Below, piece after piece: positions 38,888 to 51,947 of a stretch of 64,000 nucleotides of DNA; within the stretch, counting starts at the first letter, position 1; every line of letters starts with the position of its first letter. Location: assembly GCA_043228905.1 (NCBI GenBank), contig JBHGNT010000002.1, positions 16,492,001 to 16,556,000 on the forward strand, given 5' to 3'. A program made the position numbers and the translations under genes. The stretch is from Azolla caroliniana (taxonomy: Eukaryota > Plantae > Polypodiophyta). The notes under the pieces are model-generated. The model did no database searches, was not told where the DNA came from, and saw only the letters and a list, made by a program, of their open reading frames with translations.

Positions 38888-41675
38888 CTATTCTTCGTCC
38901 AAAATGTCCAGAATGCTTTGTTCGAGAGGCTCCAATGGTTCATCTGGAAGTCGTTGTCGTTGTTGTTGCTGTTGCTGCTCTGTTGATGTCTGCTACGGCG
39001 GGTTCGTTGGTGGCTGTTGTGGCTGCTCCTCCGTTTGTTGCTCTGACACCGGCGTCTCCGTCGTTGCTCCCTGCGTCGTAGTGGTCTCCGATTAACTGGT
39101 TCCCGGCTGGCCCTCAGCCGGCGACGGTTCCTCATCACTAAGGTTAACCGTTGCCGCTTCCCGTGCTTTTTCTTCCCGCACCCGGGACCACTCGTAGCTT
39201 TCAAACTGGATTTGAGCGTCCAGCCTATCATCGTCTAGTTGAGCTACGAGCTGCCTGACCTGCGCCAGCTGTTCATCTGCCAGGACTTAGAAGTCGTCGG
39301 TTAGCTCGTCCTGTATGGCGGTGAAGTCCTCGGAAGTCAACGTATAACAATCATCTCCTTCCTTCCGCCGGTTTGCCACATCCGCCCGTAGCAACTGGAG
39401 TTCCGTCGCGTTTTGTGCCCACTTTGTCCACCATTTTACGGAGCTTTCATCAATCAAGTGTTTTGTCTGATTCAGCCATGCCCGGAGGATGGACTGAATT
39501 CGGCTCGTTCCCAATTGCGATTTGGTTTCCGCCGCTTGCCGTTCCTCCTTCAGTTGTTTGATGATTTTGACGTTGTCCTCCGCCTGCGCCTTGTAATGCG
39601 TCAATTGCCTTTGATATGTGCTTTGTAATTTCTGCAATACTGTTGACGCTCTCTTTGTCTTCCTGCTGCTGCCTCTGGAGCTCCATCCGGACCTTCTCCG
39701 CCTCGTCCAAGCGTCTTGTATTTTCCGCCCGTTCGTTGGCGATCGCCGTCGCGGCCCGATCAACTGCCTGCTGGAGCTCGGTCATCCGTTCTTTATGCTC
39801 CGTTTCCAGCCGTTTGTAGTCCCGGTGCAAGTGCTCAAAATCATCCGTCTTTTGCTTGAGCCGTGCATTGATCTGACGACGGGCCCGGTCCTCGCGGTCC
39901 TTCTGCTGGCGGAGCTCTTCCTTTAGCCGTTCAATCTCAGTTTCCGCCGTTTTCCGCAGCTTGTCCTTTTCCTGCAGCATTTTGTCTTTCTCCTCCTTTA
40001 GCCGGTCATACGCTTGATGGCCTTTCCGGAGGCTCTGCTCTGCCCGGCGGAGGTTCTCAGCAGTCTTCTTTAATTCGGCTTCGGCCGCCGTCTTCAATTC
40101 TCGTTCACGGCTCCTTAGCGCTTCTTGTGCGGCAAGTTCATCTCTCAATTCCGCAAGCTCCTGGGCTTGCGCCGCATCTCTCGCCGGAACGGTTTCCGTT
40201 GTCGGGGTCTTATTGCTATGTACAAGTCGTTCCGTTTCTTTATTCTGTACAGTTACCAGAGTCACCGGTGATTGGATCTGTGTTGCCGTTAAGGCCATTT
40301 TGGCCATCTCTGTCGTGACCTGATCCAAGTCTTTTTCAAGGCACCGGATTTTGGACCGGGCCGTCTCTAGTTGTTCGGTTGTGACGAGCAACCGTTCGCT
40401 TTGCGCTCTTTCTTCCGCCTCAATATACCCCACTGCTCCGGCTATCTGTTCGCCTATCCACCGGAGCCACAGGCTACCGGTGCCTTGTTGTGCTTGCACG
40501 GAGGTTTGACAGATGGGCTCACTTGTAGAAGGGTGGTCCCGCCTGGTTGCGCCGAGTTGCAGTTCTGATTCTGCCCGTGGACCACCCTGCTATCCTGGTT
40601 CCCCTTGCGCTTCTTCTTGGCTTACCGAGGGAGGCTGCATTGACCTTTCCGGCTCTGGCGGGATGGGACTTGCCGGTGTTGTCGGTGGTGCCGGGGCTTC
40701 TGTTTCCAGTGCCATATGCACCGGTTCCGGTTCCTTCCTTGGCGTGGGAGTCTCACTAAGGGGAGCCGGTGTTCCCTCCGTTTGAGGGTCTGAACGTTTC
40801 CCGGTTGTCTCAACGGTCCTTGCCATCGACCCTCGCTAGAGGTGCTCCGTGTGCTCCTCCTCTATTTCCTCCTCCTGAGCTCCGGCATTGAGTTTTGCCG
40901 CCAAGGGGTCCGCTTCTCTATTCACCGGTCGGCGGAGTGTGACCTTTACGGGCCGTGCCAGTGGTTCCTCCTACGCCTCCGTTGGGCACTTCCGGTTGCG
41001 GCTTCCTGCTGCCGCCTGTTCTGCATCCGCCGCCTTTCCCTTAGTGGCCTTAGAGGCCAACAGCTGTTGCCGTTTGGAAGCCGTCCTTGGGGTGCCGTCC
41101 GCCACTCTTCCTCGCTTCTTAGGCTGGACGGGCTGGATGGGTGGCACAAGCAAGGTGAGCCACTGCGTTACGGCGTGCCATATCCTCCGTCCGTCTCGGC
41201 CTTCTTTGCCGTCTTTGCCTCTGACGATCTCGATCGCCGCACACAACCCGTCGGCGATCAATACCGGCCAATCCACCTTGATCCCTTCATATGTGGCGAT
41301 GATCATCCCTGCCCGGTTCTGCGGCATGATAGGGGGTCTAGGGTACACGTGGCCGTATTCGTGGAGCACACGAGCAATTTCGCGGAACAGCATATCTCCG
41401 CCGCCCTGTGTCAGGTAGCCCTTGCTAGCAAGAGAGTACTCACCAAAATACCTAATGAGTTGCTCTGGGGTTGGATTGTCGATCGTGAGTATGCCTCCCT
41501 CCGGAAGGCCTGTTAACGCTCGAATCGCCTCTACCGTTATGACCTCTGTGTCGATTCCTTTGATCACTTTGTCGGCTTCTTTGTGTGGCGGTACTTCCAT
41601 CATCATCAAGAAGCCCTCGAGCCCGTGTTGCTTTAGCCATGTCTTGGCGGCTTCCGACAGCGTTTGCGGGTCCAT
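38888..41675 (-). pseudogene. Extra ORF3 of element X (globular N-domain, Pro/charged linker, long coiled coil), disrupted
   Basis: ORF pieces 40971-41897, 40590-40826, 39450-40499 and 39287-39763 lie in the same sense as pol. Probable ATG at 41675 (MDPQTLSEAAK); last stop at 38888. Confidence 0.65.
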
Positions 41676-42051
41676 TTCTGTGTCGAGGTTGGATTGCGGT
41701 GGCGAGGTTGGATGGTGATGAGAGTGAGGTTGAGAGAGAGAGAGTTCAGAAGGCAGGGGTTCTCTGTGCACAGGTTCTCGTCTGATGATCTTGCAGCGTC
41801 TTGGTGCTTCTGTGCTCCTGGGTTCGCGAAAGTAAAGGGTCTCTACGCGCAGTGGTTTCTGTCTGTGCATTCTGACGCCTTTTTCGAGTGTGTGCATGTC
41901 GTGTACTAAAATAGCATTATGTCCTATGTTGGCGCTTTAAATGCCCACTACGTACCTTTTTGCTCCTCGCTCTTTCATCCATTCATTCCTCGCTTTTGCA
42001 TGATTGTTTTTTTTTTTTTTTAATTTATTTATAATTTAATTTAGTGTGACG

Positions 42052-45000
42052 TCACTTGTCCGTTGGTCCTCTCGGACCCTTATTGGCCTCATTCTCACCA
42101 GTTACCGGCTCGCCTTCTCTGCCGTCTTGGTGGTTGCCGTTCCCCTCACTGGTGTCGGTCCTTTGCTCAAATGGGTTCTTAGGCATCGGTCCTCTATATG
42201 GCTTCAACCGGAATCCGTTGACCCATTTGCCTAGCACTTCGCCGGCAAGTGTCCCTAACTGGTAGGACCCATTATACTCCCGTGTTAGCCAATACGGTCC
42301 GGTCCATCTAAACCGTAGTTTACCCGGCATCTTGCCCATCCGGGTTTGGAATACTAACACCGGTTTGTTGATTGCGAACATTTTTTCGTTACCTTTCCTG
42401 TGCCGGTCGACAAATGCTTTCCGTCGCCGTTGCTCCAATTCTAAATGTAGGATGCTGGCCAGTCGTTGTTCCTCAAGATCACACAACGCTGTCAATCGTA
42501 TTGCCTCCGACTCCTTCTCGTTCAGCCGTTCCCGTAGCTGGATCCGTAAGCTGGGTACTTGGAATTCTACCGGCATGACCGCCTCTAGTCCGAACGCTAA
42601 CCGGAACGGTGTTGTTCGGATGCTCGTTTTGTATGCCGTTCGATATGCCCAAAGCGCGCTATGTAGCTTTGTGTCCCAATCCGTCCGGTTTTCATTGACG
42701 ATCTTCCGGAGGATATTCTGGAGCGTCTTGTTCGTTGATTCCGCTAAACCGTTCGCTTGTGGATAGTAAGGTGTGCTCCGTTTGTGTACAACGGCATAGA
42801 ATGTCGTCAGGCTTTCCACTACTTGGCCGAGAAAGTGCCCCCCTTGGTCGCTTATTAATTCAATTGGGCATCCGTAACGGCACCAGATGTACTCATATAG
42901 AAACTTCGCCGTTGACGCAGCAGTGTTATCCCTTAATGCTTTGGCCTCCACCCATTTTGTGCAATAATCCGTAGCAACGATGACGTACCGATTACCCGTT
43001 CTCATTGCCGATGGCTTGAAGGGTCCTACAAAGTCCAGCCCCCACTTCTGGAATGGCTCGAGTGGTAGTACCGGCTGGTGTGGCATACGAGCCTGCTCCG
43101 TTGGCTGGCCCATTCTCTGGCATAGGTCACATTCTTTTGCGTATCATACCGCATCTCTTAATATCGTTGGCCATCATAGGCCACTTTGCCATATTTTTCT
43201 GGCCGTCGCATCTCCGGCATAGTGACCTCCGGCAACTCCGCAATGGGCTTCCCTCAGTATCAATTCCTTTTCATGGCTGCGCACCGCCCGTCTCCATATG
43301 CCGTCCGCGCCCTTGTGGTACAGTGTGTCTTGTAGTAAACAGAAATGTCGGCTTTGCACCGCCAGGCGTTTCCGTTCGTCCCGGTTCATCTCTTCCGGAG
43401 GTAGTCCTGTGCTCAGAAACTGGTGCATATTTGTGAGCCATTTGTCTTCCTGTGCCACCGTCTCATCTGCTGCCGTCTCCGTAGTAACTCGAAACAGCTC
43501 TGTATCCGGAAACTCATTCGCTACTCCGTCACCCGTCTCTCCGGACTCTAATCGGCTTAAGTAATCCGCCACGGCATGCTGTATACCGAGTCAGTGGAAT
43601 ATTTCAAACTCGAACTCCTGTAACAGTAAGGTCCACCGGGCCAATTTGCCGGAGAGTGACACTTTGGACACCAGGTAAAGGAGTGTCGAATGATCTACAT
43701 GGAAGGAAAACTTCCTTCCCAATAAATAATGCCAAAACTTTGTCACACTGTAGATCATCCCTAGAGCTTCCCGTTCCGTGGTAGAGTAGTTTCGTTCTGC
43801 TTGGGATAGCTTTCGGTTGGCATAGTACACTGGCCGGTACCATTTTGGCTCCGTAAGCTGCATAAGTACGCTTCCGATTGCGATGTCGGAGACGTCTACG
43901 AACACGTGAAATTCTTTACTCCAATCCGGAGGTTGTACTACCGGTGCCTGCGACAATAGTACCTTGAGGGCCCTATACGCTCTATCCTCGGTGTCGGTCC
44001 ACTGGAATGGTGTCCGATGTACCGCGGCATGCAACGGTGTAGCTAGGTTGGCTAAGTATCGGAGCATCCGGCTGTGCCACCGGATCTGGCCTAAGAACCG
44101 GCTTAATGCCTTTGCCGTTGCCGGCGCCGGTGCTTCTAATATGGCTTTCACTTTGTCCAAGTCGACTGCAATACCTTCCTGGCTCACAATATGTCCTAAT
44201 AAAGTTCCACTGGACACGCCAAATACACACTTTGCCGGATTCAAGCTTAGCCGGTACGCTCTACACTTTTCTAGACAAAGACGGAGGTGCTGAAAATGGT
44301 CCTCCTCCCGGCTATAGACGGCGAAATCGTCAAGGAAAACCTATATAAAAGCCGGTATATATTCACCAAAGATTTCCATGATGATTCGTTGAAATGTTGT
44401 CGGTGCCGTTTTGAGTCCGAACATCATCACCACGGCCACAAAGACCCCCCATTCAGTGATGAATGCCGTTTTCTCTTGGTCGTCGGGGTGCATCCGGATC
44501 TGATTATACCCGTTGAATCCGTCTAGGAAGCTATAGACCTCATGGCTGGAAGTGGAAACGCATCCGTTACCATAGCCGCATTGAGTTTCCGGTAGTCCAC
44601 GCAAACTCGAATTTTTCCGTTCTTCTTCGGTACGACTACGATCGGGCTCAACCATGTCGCTTTCTTTACCGGACGGATAAAACCAACTCTTAGCAGTTTG
44701 TCGATTTCCTCCTTGACTTTGGCGGCATAATTGGGATTCATCCGGTACTGTCTTTGTGCCACAGGTTTTGCGTCCTTGCTCAAGTGCACCTGATGCTGGT
44801 ATAACTGAGGGTCGAGTCCTCGCATATCTTCGTATGACTAGGCGAACACATCGCGGAATTCCGTGAGAAGTGTGATCATCACCGTTTTGTCTTCGGACTT
44901 CATCTCCTTGGCGATGTGCACCGGTTTTGCTTCGTCCGTGGTGCCTAGGTTCACCTCTTCCAGTTGCGACGCTTTCACGCGCTGTGAAACGGCCATTTCC

Positions 45001-46022
45001 CGTTCCAACGCTTCCTGCGCTTGCCGTAACTCCCAGATTGTGTCTTTATCCGGTTCTGCTTCAGCCTCTTTCGGTTGCGATAAGTATGGTGCTACTGCTT
45101 CGGCAATGTCAATTTCGAAGAGGGGTATGATCTTCGGGTTTTCCTGCAGGTACTGAGCTTCTTCTTTGTCCGCTAACCCTTCTAGCATGTTGACGCATTC
45201 CGCATACAACGGTGTACATTCCTTGCCAGTGCTCGTCCTTGGCTGTGTTGGTACCCGTACCTTGGCTTTTCCTCGCCGGAAGGTAATTATATTTTTCCGC
45301 CAATTTTGTTTGATATGTGCTGTTTTCAACCATGGCCGCCCCAGCAATAGCGGGTATGCGCCTTGTGCCTGTAATTGTAGCACTAAGGCCGAGATGTAAA
45401 ATGTATGACCGCCGACAGTGACTTCTAATTTCCGTATTAATCCTGTCGGCCGCACTGAGCTTGTATCGGCCATCTGCAACCAAAACGGACACGGCTCCCA
45501 GTCGTGGATTCCTAGGGCATCACATGTCCAGAGGCTTATTACATTCACCCCAGAGCCTCCGTCTATAACTGTGCCGGGGAGTTCTTTCCCTTTTACAATG
45601 GCAGTGATTACCGGACTGCTGGTGTCCACCACCTTTGGTCCCTCCTCTGGATTCGAGAAGAGTACCGGTGTCGGTGATGGTTCTCCTGCCGTCATGGCCG
45701 TCTTCAGTCCTTCCGTGAATCTTGGCACGAGTTGTAGGAGTCTTCCTAGTGGCAACGTAATCTGGCACTCTTGCAACGCCTGCCATGTCTCGTTCTCGAA
45801 GTGACTACAGTCGGCAAGCCCTACCGTGTTCTCCTTTTGCCGCTGTAAGTCTGTGACATTCTGTTCATTTGCTTTTTTTACCCATTCCGTTGCTTGTTTC
45901 CGGATGGTCTCCTGCGTCTCCCATTCCTTGGCCATGCCCTTCGACCTTGTGGTCACCTGCTGCAGATCTGCCACCTCAGGGACTACCATATTTACCGCCG
46001 GTCGTTTTTCATAGCTCTTCAC
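42052..46022 (-). pseudogene. Gypsy pol of element X (PR, RT, RNase H, integrase), disrupted
   Basis: VIDGGSGVN protease; KKNGKIRVCVDYRKLN and MMFGLKTAP RT; VFVD and ERNYSTTERE RNase H; HCGVAGGH and WGLDFVGP integrase. Order PR-RT-RH-IN; no chromodomain seen. Confidence 0.92.
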
Positions 46023-47544
46023 CGGGCATTGGTTACTATAATGGCCTTCTTGTCGGCAGTAGTAGCAGTAGGCTTTCCGGGTATTGCTAGATTCGGCATT
46101 GTCTGTTGTACCCGGGGCAGGTCCTGCGGTACGCGCGGGGTTTTGTACCGGTTGGCTGCTTGGAGCTCCTTGTTCCGGATCCCAGGGGTAGCCGCCTTTT
46201 TTAAATTGCCGTTTTTTGTTATAGCTCTTCTTATTACGGTACTCTTGACGGGGTGGCCCGTTATATCTGCCGTATTCCTCCCGTTGCTGACGATACCCGG
46301 GGGAGTGCTCCTGGTCGTAATGTTCGTATCGTCTATTGTAACCCTGGTACCAATCATGCCGGTCATAGTTATCCCGCCGATCACCATACCGGACATCATT
46401 TTCCCGTCGATCACCATGCCGGACATCCTGTGCCAGTCAGTCGCGGTCCATTCGCCGCCAGCGTTCGTCTTCTTCATCCCGGCTGCTGTGTGGCTCAATT
46501 TGTCGGACGGGCGGTGCTTGCCAGTTCAACAGATTATACTCGCACCTATCCGTCGTATGGCTCTTGGATTGACAGATTACACATTGCGTCCTCATAGTGC
46601 ATTCTAGAGCCGAGTGTCCGGAATTCAAGCAGGTTGTGCACTGTATTGCTTGCCGAAACCAGAGGTCTTCATCGGACGGTAACGCCCGTTGAAGTGCTCC
46701 CAGTGTGAGCCAGGAGCTTGTCTTTTCCATCTCTCTCACCCGGTCAATGACTTGGTCGATGGTACTTATGCGGAAGTCAATTACCGTGCAAACCGTGCGT
46801 AGAGGTTCCCGGAGCGCGTTTAGGAATATGGTCCACCTCCTTTTGAAAAAAATGCAAGAATTTAGCTTTTAAATCTGCAAAGGTGTTGATGGTAGACCGG
46901 TCCTGCATCCGGCGCCATCTTGCTGCCGGTCCCTCCAATGTGACACCAAATTCCGCTATCTTAGAGCGTTCTTCTTCCTCCGGGGTCAATCGTTGGGACA
47001 CATGGTTGGCTTCCCATGTCTGTTCAAAGGCATGCACATGAGCTTCCGCGTCCAGATCATCTCTATACTTGGAGTACTGGAACGGCATGTCGTCGTCCGG
47101 TATCGGTGCGCGGGCTGGTAGTGTTGGTGCTCGTTCCGGAATTTTCTCCGGCGTTGGTGGTCTTTCCCGATTTGTTTCCGGCGTCGGTTGTTTTTCCTCT
47201 TCCTTTGGTGACGGAGGTCGCTCTTCCTCTGCTGGTTCCGGGGGTTCCAGCGTTAGCACATCCGGTTCTGGTGTCGGTAAGGTATCCGATCCTTCGTCCT
47301 CCAGTCCGCCCAGGGTTTCGTTGCTGCTACGGTAGTTCGTGTGCATGTTGTATTCCCCTTCGGAGTCTGATTCATATGCTGAAAAGGCTTCTGCTTCGCC
47401 TTCTCCGTTTGCCAACGCGTGGAGAAGGGATTCGGTTTCCCGGAGGCTGCTTAGGTTGCTGCCGTCGTCCGGGTGCGATGTTTGCTGTAACCAGAGGGAG
47501 TCCTCCGCTACTCTCCGGATTACGTTGGAAAACGAGCGATCCAC
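46019..47544 (-). pseudogene. Gypsy gag of element X
   Basis: ORF 46777-47544 has a retrotrans-gag-like region (LEGPAARW...TFADLKAKFL); twin knuckles CTTCLNSGHSALEC and CVICQSKSHTTDRC in 46437-46739. Confidence 0.8.
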
Positions 47545-47681
47545 TCTAATTTCCTGCGCTGCTTGCTGGAAAGCCTCGCGTCTCCTTTGCCTTTCGGCAA
47601 GGCATCGAGTTCAATCTGTAACCAGGTCGTGCGTTGATCTAGACATCCATCCGTGCCGTCGTTCGCTGCAAAAACAGGAAT

Positions 47682-47692
47682 CGTGGTCGCCA
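47682..47692 (-). promoter_or_regulatory. PBS of element X, TGGCGACCACG (tRNA-Arg type by recall); degenerate copy at 38385-38393 for element Y
   Basis: Lies 7 nt inside the 5' LTR, upstream of gag. Confidence 0.7.
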
Positions 47693-47699
47693 AAAACTG

Positions 47700-48134
47700 T
47701 GTTAACTCTTAGGGCCGGACAATGGCCTAACACAGGGTGTCTACGGAAGACACTTCCCCAAAGGGTGTTACGGCAACCGGATCTGCCTCAACGCTTAATC
47801 CTACTTGATTAAGTTACTTATTATGATCGTCTTTCATAACACACGCGTAAGATATAACAATTAAGACAGAACGACAATTAACACAGAGATATAACAACGC
47901 TTAAGCTTTCATTAATTAACCGCCCTTGATTACATTGTATCCGGGCCTTTAAATAGGTTTCCGGTCTGTATTACAAAACGGTGCCATCCGCACATGTTCG
48001 GGATCGGTCCGGATCCGGAACGGCATACCGTTTCCGGTCCGTCCGTCCACACTCATAGCTTAATTACAACCACATTCCTACTACTTAAATAACTCTCCGT
48101 TTCCCACTCTGGACTCCTTTGCCGGCCAGTAACA
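47700..48134 (-). repeat. LTR_B (5' LTR of element X)
   Basis: Direct repeat of 38399-38833. Confidence 0.95.
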
Positions 48135-48648
48135 CCAACCACAACCTTTGGTGAAGGGTATTCAGGGATTGAGTATCCGACTACGTTTCCTAGAGAGTAG
48201 AAACAATTACAAATCCCTTCGAACCACATTATAGGAATACAGTTCCTCATATTTATAGTTAGGGTAATTGAGCCCTAACTTAGAGGATGCTTTGACACTA
48301 GGAGTACAATAGGTAGAGTGGGACTTTTAGCCCAACAAACTCCCCAATAAAAGGATTACTTTGTTACAATAAACTGGAGGTCATCTCCCCTGTAAACTTA
48401 AATTACAATTAGAAAGTTACAAGCTATCCAGCTAATTCCTGAATCAGGCGCGAGTGAGTTGGCTCGATCGGCTACTCTAGTCCTTCAGCTCTTTCGGCCC
48501 TTTGGCTGTTCGGCCTTTTTGGCTCTTCCCTTGCCTCCTCTGATTTGGCTTTCTGGTTCTACTTAGCTGGTTTTTGTAGTCCCATCCGTCTCCTTAGTGT
48601 TCCAAAGAGGTGATGTGGGTGCGGCTTCGTCAAGCTGTCGATGATGTT

Positions 48649-49722
48649 TGTTGGGAAACATGTCCCTTCGTATGGGAAGAGAAGAACCGTGTTGGTGAGT
48701 ATCTTGGCTGAGGCCGAAACCAAAACCGAAATCGAAAACCGAAATCGCTTCGGAAGATATAATTGTAAATAGTCAAAAATGCCTCCTGGGGGCTATACTT
48801 GTAAATAGCCAAAAAGTTGCTTTGGTTTATAAGCAACTAGGGCAAATCATATAGTTAGAGTTTAGTGATCATTATTGAAAAAGGTAGAAAGAGGTAGTTG
48901 CCTCTATAGCCGAGAGTGAGAGAGTGAGAGTGTAACTCTATCGCCGTCTGTCAGACGAAGGCGAACTTGAGGTCGTTGCCTCCGAGTTCCGTATTTGTAC
49001 TTCCTTGCTACTATAGTGATCTGTTTTCTTGTTGTTTATGAACCCCCGTGATTTTTTCCCATTTCGGGTTTTCCACGTAAAATATTGGTGTCTTTGTGTC
49101 TTCACGTTTTTCTTGTATGTGTACTAGTTCTTGGTTACTTCACACGAATACGAACGTGAAACCGGTTCTGGCCGGTCGATTCCTAACAAAGTGGTATCAG
49201 AGATGGAAAACTCGTTCGGCAGCACATTTAAGCTAACTGGCTCCAACTACTTAATGTGGAAGTCGAAGATGAGAGACATGCTCATGTGCAAAGACCTTTG
49301 GTTGTCGGTGCAGTTCGGAGATAAAAGACAAGACAATATTGATGCAACGACATGGGAAGTGTTGCATATGAAGGTGACCACATACATGAGGTGTTTTAAA
49401 GACATGAGTCTATACAACAACTTCGGCGAAGAAATAGAAGCAAACATCCTATGGAAGAAGATCGGCGTCATGTTCGAAAACAAGAACGTCTTGAACCAAG
49501 TCTCAGTATTTCAAAAAATTGGGAGGCTCCAGTATCAGAATGGCTCCAGTATGGCGGAGCACATCAATGCCTTCCAAGGATCGATGAACCAAACCACCTC
49601 TCTAGAAGTACCTCTGGCCGACGAGATATTAGCATTATTGTTGTTGGGATCCCTTCCGGACAAGTGGGAGACACTCGTTGTCACTTTGGGCAACATTGGG
49701 CCGGAAGGGAAGCATTTATCCC
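48649..49722 (+). mobile_element. 5' part of Copia C6 (C3-related): LTR 48649-49188, PBS 49192-49202, gag cut by C7
   Basis: LTR start TGTTGGGAAACATGTCCC resembles the C3 LTR start. Gag FKLTGSNYLMWKSKMRDML closely resembles C3 gag. Confidence 0.85.
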
Positions 49723-51947
49723 TGTTGAGTGAGTAAGCTCAACCGAATCCGGATCAGTATCCGGAAACAACCGGCCGGATCGGGGAGACGGATCGGAGAG
49801 CTGGATTCGAGCGAGAACTAGAAGCCTAGTAATAGCCTAGACTACTAGGTAATCATTGTCTCTTAGTTAGTGTCAGTCGCACGTAGGAACATTGGAGTAC
49901 CTTTCAATACTTTTGTCAGTCCTTTATGGACTTGTATAAATAGTGTTGTTTAGCACATTGTATGTACAGAGTTTTAGAGTTATTTTTTAATAGAGTTTAT
50001 GTTATGCTCTCTCTGTCTCTCTCGTATATACTCTTTGTGTTAAGATTCTCCATTAAACCTTCATCTCACTTTCTATTGCTATCTGGCTGAGCCAGTTTTG
50101 TCTTACGCTTCCGCACATTAACATTTACATGGTATCCGAGCGCGAGGGTTGAGAACCTCTGCAGCTGACACTTGCTTTCGTAGACGAACCCTAGAACCCG
50201 ACAACAACAAACAGAGAGAAGCTCAATCGTAGCAACTACGCGTCCTGGTCATACAAGATGCACCAGTACCTGCTGGGGCATGGATATTGGAGCTTCCTGG
50301 AAGGAACGAACGAGGTAGCACCGGAGCCGACACACAGTGACTTCCTGGTATGGGAGCAAGGAGCGAGTCGGGTACTGTATTGTCTCGCATCCGGTGTGCA
50401 TGATCAGATGCTCAACTACATCAAGGATGCAAAGACGCCGAAGGAGGCCTGGGAAAATCTACAAAAGATTTTCGCCGCGAGTACCACAACCCGTAAGTTG
50501 CAGCTTCGGTAAGAGCTGAACAACATCCGGCAAATAGACATGTCGATTACGGATTACACCACCAAGATAAAGGAGATTTACGATGCACTTGGCTCCATCA
50601 ACATGACGGTGGACGAAGATGAGATGGTACAATTTGCCTCGGTGGTCTAGCGCAAAGGTACGGGCCAATCCGGATGGCGATCTGCACGTAGCAGAAACCA
50701 TTGTCTTTCTTCGACTTGCAATCGATGCTGATGATCGAAGAAAACCACGTGACTGGGTCAAGGACCACTCAATCGTATGGCCGGATGTTGTACACGGAGA
50801 CAGATCGGCCCCATGGACGTGGTGGACGAGGTGGGTCGGCACGCAATGGAGGCGGCCGGCAAGAGCAGGACCGGACCCTCCACAAGCAGGGGGAGTCAAA
50901 GCGGCGTCGAGAACTGGCAAGGAAAGTCCGATATGGAATGTTGGTACTGTGGCAACAAGGGCCACATGGAAAGTGAGTGCTGGAAGAAGCGTTGTCGTGA
51001 GGAAAACCGTCCCCAGGCGCAAACCGTGTGTAGCGTGTGTGAACCGGCCCTTACACGTGGGCACGCCCCCTGTTGTATAGTAGATAGGTAGGCACAAAAG
51101 TCAAATCCTAGGTAGCAATATTCTATAGGGAGAATCGAGGAGTATCTCTGTCCGAAAGGACAGAGAATTAATGTGATGTATACAGGTGAAACGGTCTCCC
51201 TCCTTGATATATAAAAGAGAGGGAGACAGGGGGAGAGAGGGGATATCGCGCTGTCGTGCCTTTCGGCTCCGGATCGTTGCGTGAGTCGGGTGGGAACCGC
51301 CGAGGTTTTTGACTAGGAGGAAGAGGAATACAAATTAAGGCTAGTTATGAATAGTGGAAAGAGAAGTAAGATAGCAATCTCGTGAATCCCACGAGTTTAG
51401 TGTATTTTAAACAATATTTAGATTATAAGAGTAATTTAGATGGCAAAATTCGTGAATCCCACGAATATATTAGATTAATCAATCCTTGTATATTAATCAA
51501 CAACCTTATACATATTTCTCTCCTCCTTATATAAAGAAGGAAGAGGCTAAGCATGGCTTCATGCTTTTTCACCAAAAGTGTCCATGCACACTAAATGTGC
51601 ATGTGATGCTTTGTCATTTCCTAAGTATAGGGCTCATGCACGCTAGATGTGCATGAGTCACTTTTAATGTCACGTGTAAATAAAATATTCACCCCCTAAA
51701 GAATACATGATTGTTACCTTTTAATAAAGGCATGTGTAAATAAAGGTCTTATACGTATTAAATCTATATATATAACACTAAAGATAAGTTATTACAATGG
51801 TAAAGTTGGGGTTTATCTACGTGGAGGTGTAGGGTTTGAATCTTGCCCTATGCACGTGATAAATGTTTTGATATATTATTTATTTATTTATATGTATCTA
51901 AAATCGGATATATTATTTTATGGTTTTCACGTAGTGTGTGGAATACA

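Larger units (their letters stand above)
35787..48134 (-). mobile_element. Composite Gypsy insertion: LTR_B-gag-pol-ORF3-LTR_B-noncoding internal-LTR_C
   Basis: TSD CCAAC at 35782-35786 and 48135-48139; TGTT...AACA outer termini. Confidence 0.8.
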
